DNA from: the human T2T-CHM13v2.0 reference genome, Homo sapiens
Length of the DNA stretch: 64,000 nt
Assembly: GCF_009914755.1 (NCBI RefSeq)
Contig: NC_060937.1
Direction: 5' to 3' (one strand)
Within the stretch, counting starts at the first letter, position 1, and each line of letters begins with the position of its first letter. The position numbers and the translations under genes are program-made. Positions 14,573-27,590 of this stretch are shown in pieces. The notes below the pieces were generated by a model, which worked only from the letters and a program-made list of their open reading frames with translations, made no database searches and was not told the origin of the DNA.

Positions 14573-17177
14573 GTGTATTACTCCATTTTTTGTTGCTATA
14601 AAGAAATGCCTGAGGCTGGGTAATTATAAAGAAAAGAGGGGTTTATTTTAGCTCATGGTTCTGCAGACTATACAAGCATAGTACTGGCATTTACATCTGG
14701 TGAGGAAGTTTACAATCATGGTGGAAGGTGAAGGAGGAGCATCATTTCACATAGCAGGAGAGGGAGCTAGAGAGCTGCCAGGCTCTTTTAAACAACAAGC
14801 TCTTGTGTGAGTTAATAGAGTGAGAACTTACTAGGTAACATGGGGAGGGCACCAAACCACTCATGAGGGATCTGCCTCTATGACCAAAGCACCTCCCACC
14901 AGGGCCCACCTCCAACACTGGAGATCACATTTCAACATGAGATTTGGGACAAAAGATCCAAAAGATATGATTGCACCTCTAGCCCCCCAAATCTCATTGC
15001 AAAATACAATCTCATATTGCAAAATATGACTATTCTTTCCCAATAGTCCCCCCCAATATTAACTCCTTCCAGCATCAACTCAAAAGTCCAAAGTCCAAAG
15101 TCTCATCTGAGACCCAAGGCAAGTTCCTTCCACCAATGAGGCTGTAAGATGAAAAACAAGTTATTAACTTTCAAGATACTATGGTGGTACAGGAATTGGA
15201 TAAACATTCCCTTTACAAAAGGGAAAAGTCAGCCAAAAGAAGGGACACCAATACTCATGCAAGTCTGAAACTCAGCAGAGCAGATATTAAATCTTAAAGC
15301 TCCAAAGTAATCTTTGGCTCTATGTCCCACACCCTGGGTGCATGGTGTGAGGGGTAGGTTCCAAAGACTTAGGAAGCTCTACACCTATGGCTTTCTGAGT
15401 GCAGCCCACATGGCTGCTGTCATGGATTTGACTCTGATATATGCAGCTTTTCCAGGCTGAGGGTGCACATTGCTGGTGGCTCTACCATTCTGGGGTCTGG
15501 AGGGTGGTGGCCCCATTCCCACAGTTCCATTAGGCAGTGCTCTGGTAGGGACTCTGGGTGTGAGCTCCCATCTTGGCTCCCCTCAGCACTGCCCTAGTAG
15601 AAGCTCCCTTTAGGGATTCTGCCTGGGCACCTAGGCCCTTTGATACATCTTCTGAAATCTATGTGGAAGCTGCCATGCCTCCTTCACTCTCGTGTTCTGT
15701 GTGCCTGCAGGCTTACCACCACTTGGAAGCCACCAAGCTATGGCTTGCATTCCTCAAAGCGGCAGCCCAAGCTATACCCGGAGCCATCTGAGCCATGACT
15801 GGAGCAAGAGCAGTTGGGATGGGGAAGCAGTCTCCTAAGGTGGGTACAGCAGAGTCTAAAACCAGGACTTCTAAAAGCATTTGTTCCTCCTAGAACTCTG
15901 AGCCTGTGATGGGAGGGGTTTCCTCAAAGATTTCTAAAATGTCTTTGAGGCTAATATGGTTTGGCTGTGTACCCCCACAAATCTAATCTTGAATTCACAT
16001 GTATTATGGGAGGGATCCAGTGGGAGGTAATTGAATCATGGGGACTGGCCTTTCCTGTGCTGTTCTCATGATAATGAGTAACTCTCACATGATCTGATGG
16101 TTATTATGTGGTGGAGTTTCCTGCACAAGTTCTCCCTTTGCCTGCTGCCATCCATGTAAGACACGACTTGCTCTTCCTTGCCTTCCACCATGATTGTGAG
16201 GCTCCCCAGCCATGTGGAACTGTAGGTCCAATTAAACCTCTTTCTTTTGTAAATTGCCCAGTCTTGGGTATATGTTTATCAGCTATGTGAAAATGGACTA
16301 ATACAGAGGCCTTTTTCCCATTGTCTTGTCTGTTAAAACTTCACTCCTTTTTATTTATGCTATTCTTCTCCTGAAAATGCTCTTTCCTTCTCTACCACAT
16401 GGTCAGACTGTGAATTTTCCAAGCGATTATGCTCTGCTTCCTTTTAATTATTAGTTTCAACTTTAAGCCACTTCTTTGCTCTCATACCTAATTGTAGGCT
16501 GTTAGAAGTAGCCCTGTCATTTCTTAAATGTTTTGCTGTATAGAAATTTTTTTCACCACATATCCTACATCATCACTTTTAAGTTCAACCTTTCACAAAG
16601 CCCTAGGTCATGGACACACTGCAGCCAAATTCTTTACTAAAGCAGAACAAGTGTGAACTTTGCTCCAATTCCCAATAACTTCCTCATTTCCATCTGAGAC
16701 CTCATTAGCCTGGCTTTCATTGTCCATATCTCTATCAGCATTTTTGTCACAACTATTTAACCAGTCTCTATGAAGTTCCAACTTTTCCTCATCTTCTTTT
16801 TTCTGAGCCTGCCAAACTCTTCCAACCTCTTCTTGTTACCAAGTTCCGAAGCTGTTTCCACATTTTCAAGTATCTTTATAGCAATGTGCCACTCTCTGTG
16901 CCAATTTTCTGTGTTAGTCTGTTTTGTATTGCTATAAAGGAATACCTGGGGCTGGGTATTTTATAAAGAAAAGAGGTTTACATTGACTCATGGTTCTAAA
17001 GACTGTACAAGAAATATAGTGCCAGCATATGCTTTTGGTGAGGCCTCAAGAAGCTTAGAAACATGGTGGAAGATGAAGATGGAGTAGGCATGTGACAGCC
17101 TGAGAGAGATACAGCAAGAGAGATGCCAGGCTTCTTAAACAATCAGCTTTCATGTGAACTAATAGAGTGAGAACTTA
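14573..17177 (-). mobile_element. MST MaLR element: LTR + internal region + truncated LTR
   Basis: LTR at 14573-~14970; MaLR-int motifs aaagtccaaagtctcatctgagac and gctggtggctctaccattctggggtctgg; second LTR starts ~16910 and is cut at gagtgagaactta. Confidence 0.88.
15952..16305 (+). mobile_element. THE1 solo LTR nested in MST-int
   Basis: taatatggtttggctgtgt...ggactaataca, with perfect TSD gaggc at 15947-15951 and 16306-16310. Confidence 0.92.
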
Positions 17178-19238
17178 TAGAAAAGATCAGCAAGGAGACA
17201 GAAGTTATTAAAGAGAACCAAGAAAAATTCTGGAACTTAAAAGAATAATAACTTAAATTAAAAAGTTAAAGGAAAGGTTTAACAGCAAATTTGAGTAGAA
17301 AGATAAGATCAATCAAGATTATCCAATCCGTGGATCAAAAAAATATATATATATAAATGGAAGAACAGAACTTCAAAGACTTGTAGGACATCATCAAATA
17401 TACTGATATATAAACTATAGAAGTCCCAGGAGGAAAGGAGAGAAAAAGTCAGGAAGAATTTTAGAAGAAATAATGATGGAAAACTTGCTTTTTATTTTTT
17501 AAAAATAACATATACATTTAAGAATCTCAAAGAACTCCAAGTAGAATAAACTCAAAGAGATCCACAATTAAACACATCATAACCAAACTATCAAGAGCCA
17601 AAAACAGAGAGATAGTCTTGAAAGGAGCAATAGAGAAGTGATTAATCATGTACAGAAGATCTGTAATAAGATTAATAGCTAATTTCTCATCAGAAAGGAT
17701 GGAAACCAGTAAGTAGTGAGAGGATAGGAAAAAGTGCTGATAGGAAAAAAAAAAAAAAAAAAAAAAAGTCAACCAAGAATTCTATATCCAGCAAAAGTAT
17801 TCTTGAAAAATAAGGAGAAATTTTTAAGTTCCCACATAAACAAAAACTGAGGGTATTCAACACTATAAGTAGATGTGTCCTACAAAAACATACCAGAAGA
17901 GTCCTCCAAGTTAAAATGAAAGGTCAAAAATATGAATTTGAAACTACATCAATAAATAAAGAACAATGTCAAAAATATATAAGAAAATAAATAAGAAAAT
18001 ATGAATGTACTACTTGTTGATAATAATATTTCTCTCCTATATGAACCACATAAAGCAATAATTAAAACTCTAAGTTAGTGGGCACACATTGTGTAATATG
18101 ACAACAGCTCAAAAAGTGGAAAGGAAACAAACTATACAGGAGCAAAGATTTTGTATACCACGAAATTAAGTTTATATTAATTCTAACTAGATTGTTATAA
18201 ATAGGATGTTTATTGTGATCCCCGTGGTAATTGCTACGAAATTAAGTTTTAAAATATAGTCAAAGAAATGAGTTAAAATGGTATGTTAGACAATGTCTAT
18301 TTAATACAGACAAAGGCAGTTTTGAAGAAATAAAGGAACAAAAAAGACAAAAGGCCTGCGAATGTAAATAGAAAGTTAGGAAGAATTATGCCCTTTTGAA
18401 TGAGATTTTAAACTACTTGGAATTAGTAAAGCAGAAGGGTACACAAAGGTTACAGGAGTAAGGCCTTTTGGCTTTTTCTAAATTATCTCATTTTTTTTTC
18501 TTGACCTGCATTGTCTTTTTAAATCTAGAAATCTCTTAAAAGTAAATACATCATCTTCCAATATTCTGAATATAATGAAAGACAGGTGGAAAAATGGCTT
18601 TCAAACCCCTTTGTGTAAGGGAGTATAATTATGCACCGTCTATACAAACCCTTCCCTAATGACCACATTAGAGCATCCTACCTAATGTTTATGCCAGATT
18701 GACTGCTAATCAGGAAACAGAGGGCAAGGAGAGAGAAGGAGGAAGAAAGAAAGAAAATGATTTATAATCAAAGACAAGGAAAGCATGTATTTCCTAGCCT
18801 GGCTTCCATTGCCTTTTACAATAAAATCACAGAATATATTTCCAATGTTTTTCCTTATTTCTTTCTTTCTTGAATTCTTCATTCTAGTTGAACAAGTCTT
18901 CTATGTACACACTGCTGTTTCTTACATTGCCTTCTCAGTTTTAACATTTTCTTTCCTGGATTGTTATTCTGTTATTCTCTCAAATATAAAAAGTGGCCTT
19001 CTTCAAGATGCACTTTAGATCCCACCTCCATTAAACCTTTCCAGATGGTCTTTCCAAATGATCTCTACATTTGAAGTTCAATTCATTTCAGTTCAATTAT
19101 CATGCATTACTTTTTTCTTTAATCCTGGTCTTTATTCAGGTCAAGTTCAGATTCCTACAACAGTGGGTCAAACTCCAAAAAGCTTATCTCCAAAGATAAA
19201 CAAAATCTGATAACAGGCAATGCAAAGATGATCTAGAG

Positions 19239-19383
19239 CAGAGGTCAGAAAACTCTAGTAAAAGTCTTTTTTATTGAAATATAGTAATTTCCATTAGTTT
19301 ACATATTGCCATGTCTGTTTTTATATGGCAAAAGCAGATCTGAGTGGTTGCAATCCTTAGGAAAAGTTTGCTCACCCTTCCTG
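19239..19383. mobile_element. MER58-like hAT-Charlie fragment
   Basis: Termini cagaggtcagaaaact ... aaagtttgctcaccc; internal gcagatctgagtggttgcaa. Confidence 0.5.
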
Positions 19384-19399
19384 TAGATACTCCAAAGTC

Positions 19400-19720
19400 A
19401 TGAAAGGCACAAGTGTTCTCAAATTTCTATTCCAACATCCTCACTACCAAACTTTTATCTTCATGGCATTGCACGTTCCCAAAGGCTGCTTGAGTTCCTA
19501 TAAGCTATCTCCATTTACAAACTGACCAGAAGTCCCAGATAGCACATTTATTAATATACCTTTTACTAGAACTTATTCTCATGACCACTCCTAGCTGCAA
19601 AGGAGCCTGGGCAACAAATCTTTTAGCCGAACATATTGCTACACTTGATAATATAGGGTTCTGTCAGGGAAGAGAAAGGAAAGATGGATAGTGTAAACAA
19701 TTAGCAATCTCTATTACAAT
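19400..19720 (-). mobile_element. Old MLT1 (K/L-like) LTR fragment
   Basis: catgaccactcctagctgcaaaggagcctggg...gggttctgtcagggaag. Confidence 0.55.
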
Positions 19721-21344
19721 TAGAAATTGTTTTATTTCAAGAAATAAACTAGATTAAGTTAGTATTTATTCAAATAATTCAAAGGAATTGCACATCATTC
19801 AAAGACAAACATGTTGGTCTGGTCTTACAAAGGACAAGAACCAGAAATCAGAAGGATAGCAACCGCTTCTACTTTTCCTCATCTTTCCAGGACCATGTGG
19901 TCATCTCTGCTCTCTTTGCAAGGCTCTTTAATTCTTCTCTCTCAGAATGCCAGATTTCTCTGCAGAAGCAAATTAAATGTCTATGATTTTATTTGAATAT
20001 TTTTCAAACTCTTACTCTTTAGTTCTGATTTTACATTCTTTTTGTGATCTAGGCCACAAATATCCTGACTAGATTCTTGGAGTTTCAAAAATAAATTTAG
20101 AAGAGAGAGAATCTCATTGACATAGCTTGTGTCATTTTTTTCTACCAGCTATTGGATTAGTTGTGGCCTGGAAGATAGTTTCGTGTGGAGCAGCAGACTT
20201 TCCAGGCAGAGAAATAAAAATGATAGGCATGTGCTGACCAACTTCTACAAGCTGGTATCTTTAATAGTCAGGTACTAAAACTAAATATCATATATCATTG
20301 ATTATTGTTTAAGCTTTATAAAGTGGACATTTATGATACCTGTTAAGGATTCTGTTTCTTAATCAAAGGATCACCCTTATGGAATAGATTTAAAAAAAAA
20401 AAAAAAAAGAATATGTGCCCTCTGCTTGTTTCTCCAACATAAATAAGCCAGTCCCAAAATATATTGTATGGAATGTTTGTTTTCAGATTTCCAGAAATAT
20501 TGGGATCTTATGAAGGCAAAAACAAAAGAAAATTAGTGGCCAACATAGGACCACAGGCACAATCACCAATGTCTAAAGAAGCAATCTTTAGGCAAGGGTA
20601 TCACGTATAAGAACTGGATAAAGTTTGTCTCCCCAGCTGTATGATAACTTGTCTAATGACAAGAAATATACCTTATGTTTACTTGTATTGGTTACATTTT
20701 TCATTTAGAAAAGTAAGAAGTAGTGTTTATCAGGTACACAAAAATCAGAATTAAAAACTGAGGGACACTGTTGACATTCTCTGTACTCAGAAATACAGTA
20801 CCCACAAGACATTATATTTTCACATGTTCCCTTTCTATTCAAAATCCCCAAACCACTTTTTTAAAAAAAGAAAAAAAAAACACATTGTTATTCTGGTATC
20901 TCAAATAAAATGTAATCATGTCTCTTGTTTAAACAAAACAAAGAGTACTTCAAATGCCATTTTATTCTTCATGTCATGTATATTCCTAGCATGCTTTCCT
21001 TTATATACCAAAAAGCATTCCAATGATTTCAGTGATGGGACCAGAGCATGGTGGGTAGAGTGGGTGAGAGACATAATAGCCTAGTTGAAATAAACTCCAT
21101 TTATTTATTATTTTATAATTCTCTTATAGAAAATAGTAAAGGTAAAACAATTAAAAGCTCTTATAGAATTTGAGCAGATATTTGGTACTTCTTTCACTTT
21201 TTAAAGACAGAGAAGTTATAAGGCTATAATGAATTTGCAGTAAGTTGTTTTTTAAGTTTTTTGGTTTGGCTTTGCTTTGGTTATTTGTTTGTTTTTAACC
21301 TCAAAAATGTCTGTAGAATAGAACACTGTAGAAATGAATTCAAG

Positions 21345-21641
<297 letters not shown>

Positions 21642-22707
21642 ATGAATTTAAGTTTCAATGTTGGTTACCCGTGGTAACAACCATCTGAGTCCAAAGCAGA
21701 GACTTCTGAACATTTTAATTTCAAAATTGTAGCAATATCTCACAAATCAGTTACATGTGTTTGATTTTTAGTTCAGATTGTTCTTATTGTTTGTGGAAAA
21801 AAGTAGGATATCTCCTTTAGTTTTAATAGTCTCTATTAGGTTATTAGGAAAGGCAACAATATATAATTAAAACTGCATATATAAACATACATTATGTGTT
21901 ATTATTTTCCACATTGCCTTTATATTATTTTCTTGGTGAAAATAGCCAACATAAATAGACATGACATATACAAAACCAAAAATTGCTCTTCATTCTGCAT
22001 CATGATCTTGCTTCACTCCTATGACCAGTCACAATGTCCTTGGCTTGATGAAGCCATTTAACTTGCTTTGATCCTTACAATGCACAAGAAACACTTTCAT
22101 CATTGACATTGATTTGTTATGCATTTGACTTTCTGATGAAATAGAAGGATCACCCCTCCTTGTCCTATTAGTATGATGGCATGGCATTACATATTATATG
22201 TTTGTTTTCTAGAAAAATATAAATGACACTAGAGAAAGCAATTTTTTCTAAAACCATAGTATAAACTCCTGTATTTTCAAAGAACTGATGTAATCAAGTT
22301 GATAAACCATGAACCAGGCTTATTTAAATGAGTTGTCTTTTGGCATTTGGAGAGAATTATTTTCTGTTATGAAAATCAAACAAGCTGTTAGTGAATCACA
22401 GAAGACAAATACAGAAAATTGCCTTGTAACATCACATTTCAGGAGGATCCATTGCCCATAGCAATGATGAAGGAACAACTGCAATATCAGAAAGAAAATT
22501 GTCTTAGTAACAGGAAAAACAGAATATCCTCTTCTGATATTGAGCAAAACAAATGAAATATTAATCATGTGAATAACGTAAATATTTGAATAACTTAAAT
22601 ATATATAGTGTTGCCAAAACTCTACTAAAACTATGTTTCCAGAAGAAATGGTAGATTAGATACTGTGATTGTCCATCTCATTGCAAACAACTAAAAATGC
22701 TGAACAA

Positions 22708-23008
22708 AGCTGGGCATGGTGGCTCACATCTGTAATCCCAGCACTTTGGGAGGCTGAAGTGGGAGGATTGCTTGAGGCCAGGAGTTCAAGACCAGCCCGG
22801 CCAACATGGTGAAACCCCATCTCTACTAAAACTATAAAAATTAGCCGGGTGTGGGGGTGGGTACCTGTAATCCCAGCTATTCAGAAGGCTGACGCAGGAG
22901 AATCACTTGAACCCAGGAGGCGAGGCAGCAGTGAGCTGAGATTGCACCACTGCATACCAGCCTGGTTGACAGAATGAGGCTCCGTCTCAAAAAATGAATT
23001 TAAAAAAA
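22708..23008 (+). mobile_element. Alu SINE
   Basis: Full dimer gctgggcatggtggctcac...ctccgtctcaaaaaa. Confidence 0.95.
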
Positions 23009-24719
23009 GGTGAATAAAAAAAAATTTTCTAATCTTTTAAAACACATTAATAAACTGACAAAAGCATTGAAAGAGAGTAAGAGGCTGAAAAGAAGTAGAA
23101 GTCATATTTCGGAAAATACTTTTAGAGCATGAAAGCTTATTTACATATTGAGAGGGACTTTACTAATCAACAAAACAAATCAGCTATGGTTTTCATAGGC
23201 TTTAAGGAAACTGATGCCTGGAGAAAAGCCCATTGACATCCAAGGTAGACAGACAAGTAGGAAGCTGCAGAGATATTTCTGGGAACCCACAATTTTACAC
23301 CCTCAGTGTAAAGGTGAATTAGATATAATCCTAGACCCCCAACTATCCACATTTAAGGTTTTAGAAAAATTCCCCAAGTAAGACTTTAAAGCTGAGCTTG
23401 AGGTGATCTGTCCTGGAAATTTGTAGCCATAGGTATGAGTTCCCTCAGTTTGCCACCAGTATTGTTAGAAAAGAACTTAGAGTTAATAATTTTATTGAAA
23501 GTGGTCATGAATTGAAAGTACCTTAGGCGCCTACCAGGAATAATTGTAAATCATTACTGGAGAAAAAACTTTCATGTAAGTTATCAATATTTAACAGAAA
23601 AAAAATTCAAGTAATTGCAGCACTTAATTGAAAATCAAAACACACAAGGAAACGACACCATGAGAGACAAAGATGTCAGGCCCGCAAAAGACTCGAAGTG
23701 TTGGAATCATCAGACTTAAAATACAATGTAATTGTGTTTTATACTTTTAAAGATATAGTAGAATAGAAATGGAACGAAGAGCAAGAATTTTTCTAACTTC
23801 CAAGTATATTTAAAATATAAATAAAGTTCTGGAAATAAAATAAAATAGACAGCAACAAACTCAACAAATGAATTTAAAAGCATATTAAAGCAGTTGAAGC
23901 CAGCAATAGCAAATAGTAATATTTCCTTAAAAAAAGGAATCCAGAGAGCAGCACATAAATATGGAGATACAGAATATTAAAAAAGAGAGTTTGGAAGATT
24001 GAAACAAGTGACAAGGTACAACTTACATCTCCTATTCGAGTTGCAGATAAAAAGAATAGAGCAGAAACATTTTTAGGACTAAAGACTGAGAAATTTCCCC
24101 CCAGAATGAAAATCACCAGTACACAAATTCAGGAAGGCCAATGCATTCCCAATGGAATAAATAAAAAGAAACCCACATCCAGTCACACAATAGTGAAAGT
24201 GGAAAGCACAAAGACAAAGAGAAGATCTTAAAACAGCTAAACAGAAAACGCAGAATGTCTTCATTGCAGGATAAGTAGACTAACAGCTAACTTATCAACA
24301 ACAACAGGAAAAATACAGTGAAATGCTATTATTATCAATCCACTGGAAAAAGTGATCGTCAACCTCAACTTTGTTATCTTGCAAAAAATAAAATAAAATA
24401 AAAATTAAAAACCAAACAAACAAAAACCCCTGTACTTCAGGCAAAAGGGAAATGATTCAACATTAAATGTTGGAGTCATAACAGCAAATGAAAAAACATG
24501 GCACATATGTATAAAATCAAACAAAAATTCACTGTATACAATGTTAATAATTATATCTTGATGATTTCAAAGAAATACAAAAGATAAAAGACAAAAATCA
24601 TAATATACCAATTGATAGGGGTTCATGGCAAACAAGTTTTTTAATTCTTGTATCATTTTTAAGGATGATGAAATTTATTAACTCCAGATTTTGAGGAATT
24701 AAATAAATCAGTAATGGCA

Positions 24720-25216
24720 ACAGTAAAATAATGTCAATTCTCTTACAGTTCTATAAGGTTTAAATCAGACAACATCCCAGCATGCTAGAATAATTTGAAG
24801 ACACTCGCTAAAATAATTATCAAAAGGAGATAAGTGTAATATAAGAAAATCTAAAGAGAGTACAATATTTTGGTCTGTTATGACCACTAGGCCTAAGAGG
24901 ATAAGGTGAGGGAGTGATTACAAGAATCTTTAAGGAGAAAAGCCTGTGGAAATGGCTGCCTTGAGAAGGTTTGTAAAAGTGGGATAAGGCAACAAAGTCA
25001 ACCTGATATAACCACACAAAGTAAAAAAATACCCTAAACCCCTCTCCTTTCTGCCATCATTGTCCTTCCCATATTCATTATTAGGCAGCCCTACCAGGTG
25101 ACTGATGGCAAAGGTGTACATTGATGAAGTCCATACAAGTCAGTCTCTTGGGACAGAAACTCTGATGGAGAATGTAAGACAAGGGATGTGGAAAACAAAT
25201 AGATTTCCAGGGCACA
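24720..25216 (-). mobile_element. ERVL LTR (LTR33/41-like)
   Basis: cattgatgaagtccatacaagtcagtctc...gatttccagggcaca resembles the reversed 5' end of this LTR group. Left boundary uncertain. Confidence 0.45.
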
Positions 25217-27214
25217 TATTTGAATGAGCTTCACTGAACCATTTTCTGAGGTGGCAGACTCTTGCAAGCACAGGCAGTTAAAATATAGTTGGACGCACAA
25301 CATGAAATTCTAAGCAGCATTTAGAAGGCAGACTAGATGTACGGTGAGCAAAACGGCAAATGTTACAGTAACAGTCCTGAGTGAAAAAAACATGTAAGGA
25401 AGATGGAGCTATGTGGCACAATAACATTTACCTATATTAAAAATGCATGCATTCAGAAGAGAAATTCACATTTAGCAGGACCATATAAAACCAAAAAGAC
25501 TCATAGGGATTTGGTGTACTACAAAGGGAAAACAAGAAGAAGGGATTGAATAAATATGTAAATATCTGCATAACACAAGAGAAGTTCTTGCATACAACTG
25601 TTGGTGTTAATAATATGCCATGAGTTAAGGATTATGATTAATTCAGTGAGAAAATGCAATTAAGAAATCCAAAAGAGGTCAAGAAACGCTAGAAAAAGGA
25701 ATATTGCTGTGAAATAAATTTTTGATTGCAGCAAATGTAAATCGATTAAATGTTCTAGTTAAGGATTGTCATAACATACAGGATTATTTTTAAAACCAAT
25801 CTTCCAGGGAAAATATGTATATATGTGCCAAGTAGATTTTTAAGGCACAAATACCATTAACAATAAAAGTGTGATACTAAATAATGATAAAAGCCTTTAA
25901 AGATTTAATTCTCCAGGAAAATATAATAATTCTAGTACAGTGTAGACTGAATAACATGGTTTCTGAATTGACAAAGTTCGATAGGACAAATAATGGAAAT
26001 TGACAAATCAATAGTCATACTGATAGATTTGGACACATATTGATTAAGCAGACATAATTAAATCTGTAATAAGACATAAATACAAAAATCAATAGACAGT
26101 CTAACACACGTATACATCAATGCACCCCAGAATTGTAGAACACACAGTCTTTTCAAGCTTATATAAAGGATTTCCCATTCTGATAATGATGTGCTGCTGC
26201 CTTGTTGTAGATCAACTCTGACAAAATATAAAAACCATCTTCTTGAAGACATTCAAGACATACTAATGCAGTGAAGATTTAATGAAAAAAAATCTGTGTG
26301 AAAGCGAAAAAAGAACCCTTTTCAGCCTCATTTATCCCTACTTTTTCCCTCAAGATGTTTGCTGATTCCTCAATGGAAGTCAAAATCCTTGATTTTGAAG
26401 CAAAACCTTCAGTAATCTCAAGAGGCTATGTAGGCAAAAATTAGAGTTCTGAGCCTTGCACGGAGGAAGAAATCCTAGTAAGCACCTAATGTATTCAGCT
26501 GGAACTCCTGAAAGGCTACGTGCTAGCCATGGATTAAATGGAATTAGACCAACTATTATAAAACCGAAGTCCAGTCCCCAATTACTTCCTTTCTACAGGG
26601 AAATACTACATCCAGAGACTCAAATTGTTTCCACAGTTTTTCATACACAATGTTCATCCTAACTAAGAATTACCCAAAATACCAAACACAAGGCCAAATG
26701 GCCAAACATTAAATGAAAAACAAAGTAGCAAAACGTTTGCAGTTTACCGAGATATTAGAGTTATCAAAAACAAACAATATACATATATGTTAATTCATCA
26801 AACAAATTAGATGTAATGAAGGGAAATGTCATTTGATAACTAGAAGCTATAAAAAAGAATCAAATATGTATTCTATAACAAAAATATACAAACTTGAAAT
26901 AAAGCTTAATGGATGTAGTTAACAGATTAGAAACAACTGAAAAGAGAACCAATAAGCTGAAAGATAGGTAATAAGACATTATACAGAATGAATCTTGAAG
27001 AGATGGAAGAATGAATATATAAAAAGAAATATAGAAGTCATAAAGGACCCAGTCCTGTGATGTAATTGGAATTCAAGAAGAAGAAGAAAGAATAAAACAG
27101 AAACAAAATCTGAAGAGATAATGGCCTAGAATGCTAAAATTCATTAAGGCATAAATTTAAGAAATCCTATAAACCACTATAAGAAACAACAAAAAAACCC
27201 ATATTTATGTACAT

Positions 27215-27590
27215 TGATATGGTTTGCCTGCGTCCCCACCCAAATCTAATCTTGAATTGTAGTTCCCATAATCCCCATGTGTCATGGGAGGAACCTGGTG
27301 GGAGGTAATTGAATCACAGGAGTGGTTACTTCCATGCTGTTCTCATGACAGTGTGAGTTCTCACAAGATCTGATGGTTTTATAAGAGGTTTTCCCATCCC
27401 CCTTTGCTCTGCACTTCTCCTTGCTACTGCCATGTGGAGAAGGATGTGTTTGCTTCTCTTTCTGCCATGATTGTAAGTTTCCTGAGACCTCCCCAGCCAT
27501 GCTGAACTGTGAGTCAATTAACCCTCTTTCCTTTGTAAATTATCCAGACTCAGGTATGTTTTATTAGCAGCATGAGAATAGACTAATACA
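27215..27590 (+). mobile_element. THE1 solo LTR
   Basis: tgatatggtttgcctgcgtccccacccaaatc...gactaataca; perfect TSD tacat. Confidence 0.93.

Larger units (their letters stand above)
12790..18350 (+). mobile_element. Old L1M (L1MC/MD-like) 5' region, ORF1 and inter-ORF remnant, heavily interrupted
   Basis: ORF1-like caaagaactccaagtagaataaactcaaagagatccac...caaccaagaattctatatccagcaaa at 17530-17800. 5'-UTR-like sequence at 12790-14390. Confidence 0.7.
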
